A stretch of DNA of 64,000 bases from Candidatus Omnitrophota bacterium. Its GTDB lineage: Bacteria > Omnitrophota > Gorgyraeia > Pluralincolimonadales > CAZUZR01. The stretch covers positions 11,261 through 75,260 of the forward strand of contig JBDRDF010000032.1 of assembly GCA_043821025.1 (NCBI GenBank), in the 5' to 3' direction. The notes beneath the pieces were generated by a model. It saw only the letters and a list, made by a program, of their open reading frames with translations. It was not told the origin of the DNA and did no database searches. Numbering within the stretch: position 1 is the stretch's first letter; each line of letters begins with the position of its first letter. The translations under genes and the position numbers were made by a program. Of this stretch, positions 9,121 to 17,220 are shown piece by piece.

Positions 9121-10557
9121 ATGAAACGGGATATAAAAGCGATACAAGAGAGATTAAACGAAGTACTCTTAAAGCTTCCGAAACCGGTAGTAAGGCAACT
9201 TTTCGATAAATTGAAGGAAGAGTCCTTAAAGCGTGGCATGGTGGTTTATAACGAGAAGGGAGAGCCCCGTATCGTAAATGTTCGCGTTCGCCCGTGGTTA
9301 ATAACAAAAGAACAAAAAAGGTTCTTCCATAGAGTTTGCTTGGATATGAAGGACGCACTTCAGAGGGTAGCGAACATATATTATAACGAGCCGAAGTCAA
9401 GAGAGATCCTTACCTTGACACCGCGGGAAGAGGAGTGGTTCTTCGATATATACAGAAGCGGCACTCAGGATCCTCAAACGGTATTTGACAGAATAGACGC
9501 CAACGCCATATTCTCCGGTTCTGACTGGAAAGACTCATTTACATTTATTGAGACGAATTCCGTCGGCGTCGGTGGGGTTTATTATATTCCTGCGGGGGCC
9601 AATATTATAGAAGATATCATACTTCCAGTTTTTCGCAACCGGGTCCGCGACATAGAGTTCGTAATGCAGGATGATATTCGCGAACTATTGTTTGAAACCA
9701 TAACCGAACACGCCCAGAAGATAGATCGGCTTCGCGCCAACGTGGCTTTTATCGAAGACCAACGCTGTCTCGACGGGACGGACGAATACGCCTTCGTCGC
9801 AAATTATTTGAGAAGCAAAGGCCTTTTGGCATTTGCAACTGACCCGAGGGAGCTTTCGCTTAGAAATGGCGAGGTTTATTTTAGGGATGCACCCATAGAT
9901 ATAATTTATAGGGACTGCTCAATAGATGAATTACACGAGATGGAAGACCAGGGGACGAAGGTGGACGTATTGAAAGAGGCATTTGCGAGAAATCAGGTCG
10001 TCTCTTCCATTGCGGGTGAATTCGACCATAAAAGTACATTGGAGATTTTTACCGATGATGAATATGCAAAATATTTTACTCCCGCACAAAATAGATTGTT
10101 CAAGAAACATGTAGTTTGGACGCGTTTAATCTGGGATAGAAAGACCAAGGGACCGAAGGGCGAAGATGTAGAACTCGCTAAATTCATCGAAAAGCACAAG
10201 GATAGCTTGGTTATAAAACCAAATCGAATGTATGGTGGTGAAGGGGTTATCTTAGGAAGATTTGCAAAGACCAGCGAGTGGAGAAGGGCAGCGGAAGAGG
10301 CGTTTTCCGCCAAAGGCGAATCTGCTTCAGGCGAGAAAGAAGGACCTACGCACGTTGTTCAGGAATATGCCGAGATAAGGGAGGAGAAATTTCCAGTTTT
10401 TTACGAAGACGGAACGGTTGCGATGGAAAAGAATTACGAGGTCTCTGGTTTTACATCATCCGATTCTGGGATTGCTTTCTTGGGCAGGTGTTCGATTGAG
10501 CCGGTGGTAAACATCTCCAGGAAAGGTGGTCTCATTCCTGTCGTAATGATAGAGTAA
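9121..10557 (+). CDS. Circularly permuted ATP-grasp ligase (glutathionylspermidine synthase-like fold)
   Basis: RID...FIETNS, IDIIYRD, DHKSTLE, LVIKPNRMYGGEGV, HVVQEY and VVNISRKGG motifs. Confidence 0.75.
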   Translation: MKRDIKAIQERLNEVLLKLPKPVVRQLFDKLKEESLKRGMVVYNEKGEPRIVNVRVRPWLITKEQKRFFHRVCLDMKDALQRVANIYYNEPKSREILTLTPREEEWFFDIYRSGTQDPQTVFDRIDANAIFSGSDWKDSFTFIETNSVGVGGVYYIPAGANIIEDIILPVFRNRVRDIEFVMQDDIRELLFETITEHAQKIDRLRANVAFIEDQRCLDGTDEYAFVANYLRSKGLLAFATDPRELSLRNGEVYFRDAPIDIIYRDCSIDELHEMEDQGTKVDVLKEAFARNQVVSSIAGEFDHKSTLEIFTDDEYAKYFTPAQNRLFKKHVVWTRLIWDRKTKGPKGEDVELAKFIEKHKDSLVIKPNRMYGGEGVILGRFAKTSEWRRAAEEAFSAKGESASGEKEGPTHVVQEYAEIREEKFPVFYEDGTVAMEKNYEVSGFTSSDSGIAFLGRCSIEPVVNISRKGGLIPVVMIE

Positions 10558-10635
10558 ATAGACAAAGAAAAAATAGGGGCGGCACCCCTTAAAATTCTCC
10601 GCAAAAAAATCCCTAAAAAAAGCATAAAAATTCTC

Positions 10636-10663
10636 TTGACATTTTCTTAGAATTGGGTATAAT
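10636..10663 (+). promoter_or_regulatory. Consensus sigma70 promoter for the PEP-CTERM genes
   Basis: TTGACA (10636-10641), 16 nt spacer, TATAAT (10658-10663). Confidence 0.75.
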
Positions 10664-10685
10664 TAGTTTCATACAGAAACAAAGT
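10661..10685. promoter_or_regulatory. ROK-type operator O1
   Basis: AATTAGTTTC-ATACA-GAAACAAAGT, overlapping the -10 and predicted start site. Confidence 0.7.
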
Positions 10686-10710
10686 ATAGGAGTGCTTATA
10701 TTTTTTGCAA

Positions 10711-10735
10711 ACTTTGTTTCTTTATGAAACAAAGG
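10711..10735. promoter_or_regulatory. ROK-type operator O2
   Basis: ACTTTGTTTC-TTTAT-GAAACAAAGG, with perfect 9-bp arms CTTTGTTTC/GAAACAAAG. Confidence 0.75.
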
Positions 10736-10766
10736 GAGTGAAGAATTAAATTCGTAAAGGAGGGAG

Positions 10767-11474
10767 GTGAAACTAGTGAGAAAAATTGCATTACTAATTG
10801 GGTTGGTAAGTCTTGTATTCTTAGGTCTAACGGCAACAGCGCAAGCTACTATTTGGACGGACAACTTTGATGATGGAGTAGCAGATGGTTGGACCGTAAG
10901 AAAAGGTACCTGGCTTGTCGATGCTGGACAGTATAAGTCTAACGCAGGAGAGAACTATTGGACCGCCTCAACGTTTGACGCAGCGGGTTCGTCCTTCACA
11001 ACAGGGTATGGAAAAACAGACTTTAAGAGGGACTATATCGGGACTGAAACATTAGAGGGAATCCACTTTGGATATGTTCCTAACTCAACCATGTGGTTTG
11101 CAGGCGTATATGAATACGCTCCTGAAAATGCACATGTGATCTTCATCAGGCCGTACACATGGACTGGAACTGACTGGTCACCATCGGCTTCTGGGACCAA
11201 TTTGCCAATCCCTGCTCTTACTGCCGGTAGTTGGTACAACTTATTGTTGGAGGTTTCGGATACGGAAGCGAAATTGACGCTTGGAGGTAATTCCGTTACT
11301 CGTACATTAGCAGGCGTACCAGCTGGGAACATTGGGCTTGGTTCAAGCGTCGGTTGGACATCCTTTGATAATTGGGAAGCAGGGAACCAGCCAATACCAG
11401 AACCGACAAGCCTTCTTTTGTTGGGCTCCGGTTTAATTGGTTTGTTAGCTTTTAGAAAGAAAAGCAAAAGTTAA
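10767..11474 (+). CDS. PEP-CTERM sorting-domain surface protein with beta-sandwich-like body
   Basis: Signal peptide; C-terminal PIPEPTSLLLLGSGLIGLLAFRKKSKS; GGAGGGAG SD before GTG. Confidence 0.9.
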   Translation: MKLVRKIALLIGLVSLVFLGLTATAQATIWTDNFDDGVADGWTVRKGTWLVDAGQYKSNAGENYWTASTFDAAGSSFTTGYGKTDFKRDYIGTETLEGIHFGYVPNSTMWFAGVYEYAPENAHVIFIRPYTWTGTDWSPSASGTNLPIPALTAGSWYNLLLEVSDTEAKLTLGGNSVTRTLAGVPAGNIGLGSSVGWTSFDNWEAGNQPIPEPTSLLLLGSGLIGLLAFRKKSKS

Positions 11475-11512
11475 AAAGTCGTTTTTGGTAACAAACAAGG
11501 GTTAAAAATAAT

Positions 11513-11574
11513 CGGGAGATAGAGTTAATGGAGAAGCTCTTGCTGATTATAACGATGATTAACTTTATCTCCCG
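11513..11574. repeat. 17-bp inverted repeat with 28-nt loop between the PEP-CTERM genes
   Basis: CGGGAGATAGAGTTAAT / ATTAACTTTATCTCCCG, with one G-U position. Confidence 0.85.
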
Positions 11575-11593
11575 TTCCCTAAAGATGTAAGAA

Positions 11594-12658
11594 ATGCATA
11601 GTTTTAAATGTTATATATTTAATTTCATTTTTTTTATTATAACGCTGTCAGTAAGTTCAAACCCACTTGCGCAAGCCGATGGCTACGATAGAGCTATGTG
11701 GGTCTGGGAGCAAAGCACGCGAGACGCCCTCTATAGTCCTTCTCAAAATCAAGAGCTTCTTAATTTTTCTCAGACAAAAGACATCAAAACCTTATACCTT
11801 TACAGCGATTCATATCTGGGTATAAATGACATAATTGAACGCCCCGATTATTATCGTTACTTTATAAGTGAAGCTCATAGTCGGGGTATGCAGGTTCATG
11901 CGCTTCTCGGCTCTATGTATCTTCAGACCTGGGAATATATACTGCCGGAAAAAAGAGAAGATGCTCTTTCGATGGTGAGAAATGTCCTAGAATACAACCA
12001 AAATTCTTCGGCCTCAGAGAAATTTGATGGTTTTAATGTGGATATCGAACCCTATCTTTTGTCCGATTGGGGGGATAACCAACCTTATTATTCCGAACAG
12101 TATCTCGATGCCCTTTCAGCTCAAAAACAGCTCGTCATTAACTCTGGGCAAAATATCGAATATGGACCATGCATTCCGCGTTGGTATGATGAGGTCTCTT
12201 TAATCCAGAATATAACCTGGAACGGTGAAGTTAAGCCATTGTATCAACATTTGCAGGATATAGGTAGCTACGTAACCATAATGGATTATGTAAATGATGC
12301 GGATGGGATTGTAAATAACGCTTCAGATGAGCTTCAATACGCCGATAGTATAAATCGCAAGGTAGTCATAGGTGTAGAAACGCAAGACGTTATACCTTCT
12401 TGGACAACCTTCTACGGATTTAGCGAAGAAGAGATGGAGGCAGTGTTAAATGCTGCCGAAGGTAACTTGAAAAATTATACCTCGTACGATGGATTTGCAA
12501 TACACAGCTACGATTCTTATGCAAAGATGGCTGTAATCCCAGAACCCGGTAACATCATTTTGCTGGGATTAGGGTTAATTGGTTTGTTCGCTTTTAGAAG
12601 GAAAAGAAAAAGCATTAGTTACATTGACAAATTATATTTTTGTGGTATCTTAATATAA
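11594..12658 (+). CDS. PEP-CTERM-anchored putative glycoside hydrolase of the unassigned 'RAMWVW' TIM-barrel family
   Basis: Signal peptide; RAMWVW, FDGFNVDIEPY, IMDY, IGVETQ and GFAIHSY; then VIPEPGNIILLGLGLIGLFAFRRKRK. Confidence 0.75.
   Translation: MHSFKCYIFNFIFFIITLSVSSNPLAQADGYDRAMWVWEQSTRDALYSPSQNQELLNFSQTKDIKTLYLYSDSYLGINDIIERPDYYRYFISEAHSRGMQVHALLGSMYLQTWEYILPEKREDALSMVRNVLEYNQNSSASEKFDGFNVDIEPYLLSDWGDNQPYYSEQYLDALSAQKQLVINSGQNIEYGPCIPRWYDEVSLIQNITWNGEVKPLYQHLQDIGSYVTIMDYVNDADGIVNNASDELQYADSINRKVVIGVETQDVIPSWTTFYGFSEEEMEAVLNAAEGNLKNYTSYDGFAIHSYDSYAKMAVIPEPGNIILLGLGLIGLFAFRRKRKSISYIDKLYFCGILI
12624..12651 (+). promoter_or_regulatory. Putative promoter for the sugar ABC operon (inside the 3' end of the upstream ORF)
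   Basis: TTGACA (12624-12629), 16 nt spacer, TATCTT with TGG extension. Confidence 0.6.
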
Positions 12659-12689
12659 TAAGAGGAGGTAATAGAAATTTTTTTTGGCC

Positions 12690-12714
12690 ACTTTGTTTCA
12701 GATAGAAACGAAAA
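12690..12714. promoter_or_regulatory. ROK-type operator O3
   Basis: ACTTTGTTTC-AGATA-GAAACGAAAA, ending at the A of ATG 12714. Confidence 0.7.
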
Positions 12715-14984
12715 TGAAGAAGACCTCTAAAACAATAGCATTATTAGTTGTTTTTATATTTATTTTATTCAATAGTTTACCCGCCTGTTTTGCAAGAGAG
12801 AAACAAATTACCCTGACCTTTTGGCAATTAAGCGCAAAAGAAGATTTTATGCGCTTAATTTTGGATGATTTTGAAAAAGAGAATCCCAATATAAAAGTTA
12901 ATATGCAAATTCTCACCTGGGATTATGGTTTTGATAAAATCGTAACTTCGATAGCAGCTGGAAATGCCCCTGATGTATGCGAATTGGGATCTACTTGGGT
13001 GCCAACGTTTTCTACCAGCGGGATATTGGTCGACTTGACCGACGATTTTAAAGATATAAAAGATAAATACTTATTCTGGGAATCTGTGAGTTATGAGGGC
13101 AAGCTATTCGGGGCTCCGTGGCTGGTAGGAACAAGGGCGTTATTTTATAACAAAGATTTATTTAAGCGTGCGGGCTTAGATCCGAATAAGCCCCCAAAGA
13201 CATGGCTTGATTTGTTGGATTATTCCAAAAAAATACACCAACCCGACAAAGGGATTTATGGATTTGGAATTTATGTTGGTGAGCCGTATGCTCCCTGGCA
13301 ACTCTTTCTCCCCTTCGCTTGGTCAAACGGTGCGGATGTCTTAAGCCCAGATTTTAAGACCTCCCTCATTACTTCGCCAGAATTTCAAGAGACGTTGGAA
13401 TTTTACAACATATTAAAGGCGTATTCAATTCATGATAGGCAGGCCCAAATAAATCAGGCATTTGCCGAAGGAAAGGTTGGCATACAAATCTCCGGCGCTT
13501 GGAACCTAATCCTCATTTCCCAAAATAACCCGGAGTTAAATTACGGCGTCGCAATAGTTCCTCGACCCGACCTAGATATAGGAAGACCCGTTTCATTTGC
13601 TGGCGGTGAAGTTTTTGTGATATTTAAACAGACCAGACAAAAGGAAGCAGCCGTTAAGCTAATGAAATTTTTATTAAGGGAAGAGAATATTATGAAGGTG
13701 GTTAAATCCCAGAAGAACGTCTTGCCATCCAGTAAGGAGAGCATCCGCCACCCCTATTTTAAAGAGCAGCCCAATCAAAGAATTTTCTTCGAACAGATGA
13801 TGAGCTCGGTGGCGGCTCCAGAACATCCAAGTTGGCCAAAGATAGAAGAGCATTTAACGAGGGCAATAGAGGAAGTCGTCCTTTTAGATGTGTCTCCAAA
13901 GGAAGCTCTGCAAAAAGCGGATTTAAAAATCAATGACATTTTGAAAAGCAAAAAGATAAAAGCGGGTCTTAGCGATAAAATCTTATCTTGGATTTTCATT
14001 GTATTTATCTTTTCAGCCGGGTTAATAATTTATTTATGGCAAAGGTTCAAGAAGAGAGAAATGGTGCCAGCAACTAAGTTAAGATTTAAGAAAATTGCCA
14101 CAGGTTATCTGTTCATCTTTCCCTGGCTTCTGCTGTTTTTTATTTTTTCGCTTTTTCCATTAATCCATTCGATAATAATCAGTTTTTCCGACTATAATCT
14201 TCTTGAGGCCAGGTTTTCTTTTATAGGTTTTAAAAATTATTTGGATGTTATGTTCGATCCTCATTTTCATAAAGCCCTTTGGCATACCATTTTCTTCGCC
14301 GTAGGGACCGTACCCTTTACGACGACTATCGCTTTATTCTGCGCTCTGTTAATAAATCGAAAATTACCTTTTAAACAACTATATCAGGCAGGCCTATTTT
14401 TGCCGGTTGTTACCTCGGTGATTGTAATTGCCAGTATATTTAGTTATGTCTATTCTCCCGATGGCTTATTGAACATCATCATCGATAGGACAGGGACATT
14501 CTTAAGTAAGTTTGGTATCCATGGCATACAGAGTCCAAAACCGAGCTGGTTATTAAATACGAAGTTAGCCTTGCCCAGCATAATGGCTATGTGCGTCTGG
14601 TCGAGCTTCGGCTATTACACCATTTTGTTTTTGGCCGGGCTTCAAGCCATTTCTCAGGAGATGTACGAAGCAAGTGCTATAGACGGCGCTAATTGGTGGG
14701 GCCAGTTTCGCTGGGTTATTTTGCCACAACTTAAGCCCATAATGTTATTTATCATCGTAATTAATAGCATCCGCTCCTTTCAGGTATTCCCGGAGATATT
14801 TGCAATGACCCAAGGAGGGCCGTTGGGCTCGACGACCACCGTCGTCTATCATCTTTATGAGATGGGGTTCCATAGATTTGAAATGGGAATGGCTTCGGCC
14901 GTTGGCTATATTTTATTTATTGTCATAATGTGCCTTACATTAGCCCAGCTTAAGATATTTAAATTTGGGGAAAGCGTAGGATAA
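12714..14984 (+). CDS. Carbohydrate ABC transporter: substrate-binding protein fused to MalF/UgpA-type permease
   Basis: N-terminal SBP (APDVCELGSTW, ALFYNKDLF); C-terminal permease with EAA loop MYEASAIDGA and QGGPLGST. Start could be TTG 12684. Confidence 0.9.
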   Translation: MKKTSKTIALLVVFIFILFNSLPACFAREKQITLTFWQLSAKEDFMRLILDDFEKENPNIKVNMQILTWDYGFDKIVTSIAAGNAPDVCELGSTWVPTFSTSGILVDLTDDFKDIKDKYLFWESVSYEGKLFGAPWLVGTRALFYNKDLFKRAGLDPNKPPKTWLDLLDYSKKIHQPDKGIYGFGIYVGEPYAPWQLFLPFAWSNGADVLSPDFKTSLITSPEFQETLEFYNILKAYSIHDRQAQINQAFAEGKVGIQISGAWNLILISQNNPELNYGVAIVPRPDLDIGRPVSFAGGEVFVIFKQTRQKEAAVKLMKFLLREENIMKVVKSQKNVLPSSKESIRHPYFKEQPNQRIFFEQMMSSVAAPEHPSWPKIEEHLTRAIEEVVLLDVSPKEALQKADLKINDILKSKKIKAGLSDKILSWIFIVFIFSAGLIIYLWQRFKKREMVPATKLRFKKIATGYLFIFPWLLLFFIFSLFPLIHSIIISFSDYNLLEARFSFIGFKNYLDVMFDPHFHKALWHTIFFAVGTVPFTTTIALFCALLINRKLPFKQLYQAGLFLPVVTSVIVIASIFSYVYSPDGLLNIIIDRTGTFLSKFGIHGIQSPKPSWLLNTKLALPSIMAMCVWSSFGYYTILFLAGLQAISQEMYEASAIDGANWWGQFRWVILPQLKPIMLFIIVINSIRSFQVFPEIFAMTQGGPLGSTTTVVYHLYEMGFHRFEMGMASAVGYILFIVIMCLTLAQLKIFKFGESVG

Positions 14985-15001
14985 TCTAAAGGGATATTTT
15001 T

Positions 15002-16192
15002 ATGAGAGAAAAGAGAAAGCTTAATATCGCAATAACCATTTTATTATTGATCATCGTGGTTTTTACTTTATTCCCACTTTTTTTAATGTTCAGCACCTCT
15101 TTAAAAGCCACAGGCACATTGGCCAAGAAAGTAACTCAAATTGTTATCGCGGATTTTAATAGGGAAGAAAATGGATATAAAAAGATAGAATTCACCGCAG
15201 ATGAGTCAGGCGATTTTATATGGAACGCGCATATCGACCAAGATATACGAAAGTTCAGTAAATTAGAATTCCTTTATAAGGCGGAAGGGGATTATAAATT
15301 TAAAATAGGTTTAATAGATACGCTGGGAAAAAGCAGTTTTTTAGAGATATCTAAATACGCGATAGAAAAAGAAACCGAGTGGCAGAAGGTAACGATACCC
15401 ATAAACGACTTTGATTTAAAAACTATTGACCCAAGGATGGTGGAAGGACTTGCTATCGTCTCCGATGCGCCCCGTTCTGGCACTATTTATCTGGACGAAA
15501 TTGTTTTGTGTATTAAAAAGGTCACTCTTATAAATTACGTCGATGTTTTAGTCAGCGGGCCATTCGGCCGTTATTTCTTTAATAGTTTTTTGATTTCTAT
15601 TTTGGTTACGTTTGGGAATATTTTGTTCTGTTCAATGGTGGCCTATTCCTTCGCAAGAAAGGAATTTCCAGGGAAGCACGCATTATTTCTTTTGATAATC
15701 GGCAGCATAATGATCCCACCTCAAGTCTTAATGGTCCCGATGTTTATACTGATGAAAAACATCCATTGGTTAAATACTTATTGGGCACTCATCATTCCAG
15801 CCTTAACTGAGCCCTTTAATATATTTTTGTTGCGTCAATATATTAGCGGCCTGCCAAAAGATTTGGAAGATGCGGCTATAATAGATGGCGCAAATGATTG
15901 GCAGGTGCTTTTCAAGGTTATTATGCCTTTGTCAAGGCCAGCGTTGGCAATAGTGGGCATTAATACTTTTATGGGAAGCTGGAATACATTTTTGTATCCA
16001 TTTTTGTTGACCAATACGACCGAGATGCGGACATTGCCGGTTGGCCTCGCTCTCTATAAGAGTTTATACAGCGTTGACTGGACTCATTTGATGGCGGCTT
16101 CCAGCATAACGGCCATACCTGTTATTATTGTATTTTTGTGCTTTCAACGACATATCATCGCTGGTCTTACCGCAGGAGCTCTTAAAGGATAG
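15002..16192 (+). CDS. Carbohydrate ABC permease (MalG/UgpE-type) with inserted CBM11-like domain
   Basis: LEDAAIIDGA EAA loop and RTLPVGL; insertion IADFN...EWQKVTIPINDF...GTIYLDEI after TM1. Confidence 0.9.
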   Translation: MREKRKLNIAITILLLIIVVFTLFPLFLMFSTSLKATGTLAKKVTQIVIADFNREENGYKKIEFTADESGDFIWNAHIDQDIRKFSKLEFLYKAEGDYKFKIGLIDTLGKSSFLEISKYAIEKETEWQKVTIPINDFDLKTIDPRMVEGLAIVSDAPRSGTIYLDEIVLCIKKVTLINYVDVLVSGPFGRYFFNSFLISILVTFGNILFCSMVAYSFARKEFPGKHALFLLIIGSIMIPPQVLMVPMFILMKNIHWLNTYWALIIPALTEPFNIFLLRQYISGLPKDLEDAAIIDGANDWQVLFKVIMPLSRPALAIVGINTFMGSWNTFLYPFLLTNTTEMRTLPVGLALYKSLYSVDWTHLMAASSITAIPVIIVFLCFQRHIIAGLTAGALKG

Positions 16193-16202
16193 CGCAATTA
16201 AA

Positions 16203-17216
16203 ATGGAAACTGGGGTAAGTTATTTCGCAAACAGGGATTTAAGGCACGTAAAAAGCGATTTAGTTGCAATGAGAAAAAATCATTGCAGTTACGTCGTACA
16301 TACATTTTCGGAAATAGACCTTCAATATTATAAAGAGAACATGCGTCAAATTGTAGCTGCAAGCGTTGAGGTTGGTTTGGAAGTGAGGATTGACCCGTGG
16401 GGAGTGGCAGGGCTATTTGGAGGGGAGGCCTATTCATATTTCGTTGCAGAGAAATTAGAGACAAGACAGATCGTATCCGATGGCAGAAGTGTGCCGCTTG
16501 CGTGCCCAAACAATCCTCAAGCTCGTCTTTTTTTGAGGCGTTGGATGGACGAAGTCATTGATTTAGGCGCCAAAATTATTTTCTGGGATGAGCCGCACTT
16601 TTATGAACCCCATTGGGTAGGCGATAAGGATGAGGAGCTTTGGGGATGTAAATGCGGTTGCTGTCAGAATTCTTTTAAAGAACGTTTCAATCACAAGATG
16701 CCCGATACTTTAACCGACGAAATAGAAGATTTTAAACAGCAGAGTTTAATCCTTTTCTTAAAGGAGTTATGTGACTATTCGAGTTCAAAGGGATTGAAAA
16801 ATAGCGTTTGTCTGTTGCCGAATGCGAAACATTTAGAGAGCGGTTTTTGGGATGAAATAGCGGAGATAAAGTCGCTCGATAATATTGGGACCGATCCTTA
16901 CTGGGTTGAGATTAAAAAAACCGAAAGGAATTTTAATCTGAACGCTTATATTAGAAAATTTTGTAAGAAAATAAATCAACTGTCGAAATCCCATAAGAAA
17001 GAAGGGCATATCTGGATTCAGAATTTTTCTATTCCATCTGGATGGGAAGGCGATATTAAGACCGTTGCGGACATCGCTTATGAGGAAGGCATTAGAGATA
17101 TAGCTGCTTGGAGCTATTACGGTACAAGTGGTATGTCAAGCAAGGCATGCGATAATCCCGAATTAGTTTGGGATGTTTTAGGAAAATCTTATAAGGAGCT
17201 ATTGCGTAAAGAGTAG
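16203..17216 (+). CDS. Cytoplasmic putative glycoside hydrolase (TIM barrel, GH42/GH-A-like features)
   Basis: ACPNNP, FWDEPH, Cys cluster CKCGCC and GTDPYW; no signal peptide. ATG 16203 preferred over the overlapping upstream start. Confidence 0.55.
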   Translation: METGVSYFANRDLRHVKSDLVAMRKNHCSYVVHTFSEIDLQYYKENMRQIVAASVEVGLEVRIDPWGVAGLFGGEAYSYFVAEKLETRQIVSDGRSVPLACPNNPQARLFLRRWMDEVIDLGAKIIFWDEPHFYEPHWVGDKDEELWGCKCGCCQNSFKERFNHKMPDTLTDEIEDFKQQSLILFLKELCDYSSSKGLKNSVCLLPNAKHLESGFWDEIAEIKSLDNIGTDPYWVEIKKTERNFNLNAYIRKFCKKINQLSKSHKKEGHIWIQNFSIPSGWEGDIKTVADIAYEEGIRDIAAWSYYGTSGMSSKACDNPELVWDVLGKSYKELLRKE

Positions 17217-17220
17217 GGCA

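Noticed and set aside
10575-10589. AGGGG-CGGCA-CCCCT hairpin after the CP-ATP-grasp gene
   Set aside because: The 5-bp stem has no U-tract on the + strand, too weak to call a terminator.
12614-12658. Extra C-terminal tail (ISYIDKLYFCGILI) after the second PEP-CTERM motif as a functional domain
   Set aside because: It is read-through across the AT-rich promoter of the next operon, most likely from a lost stop codon.
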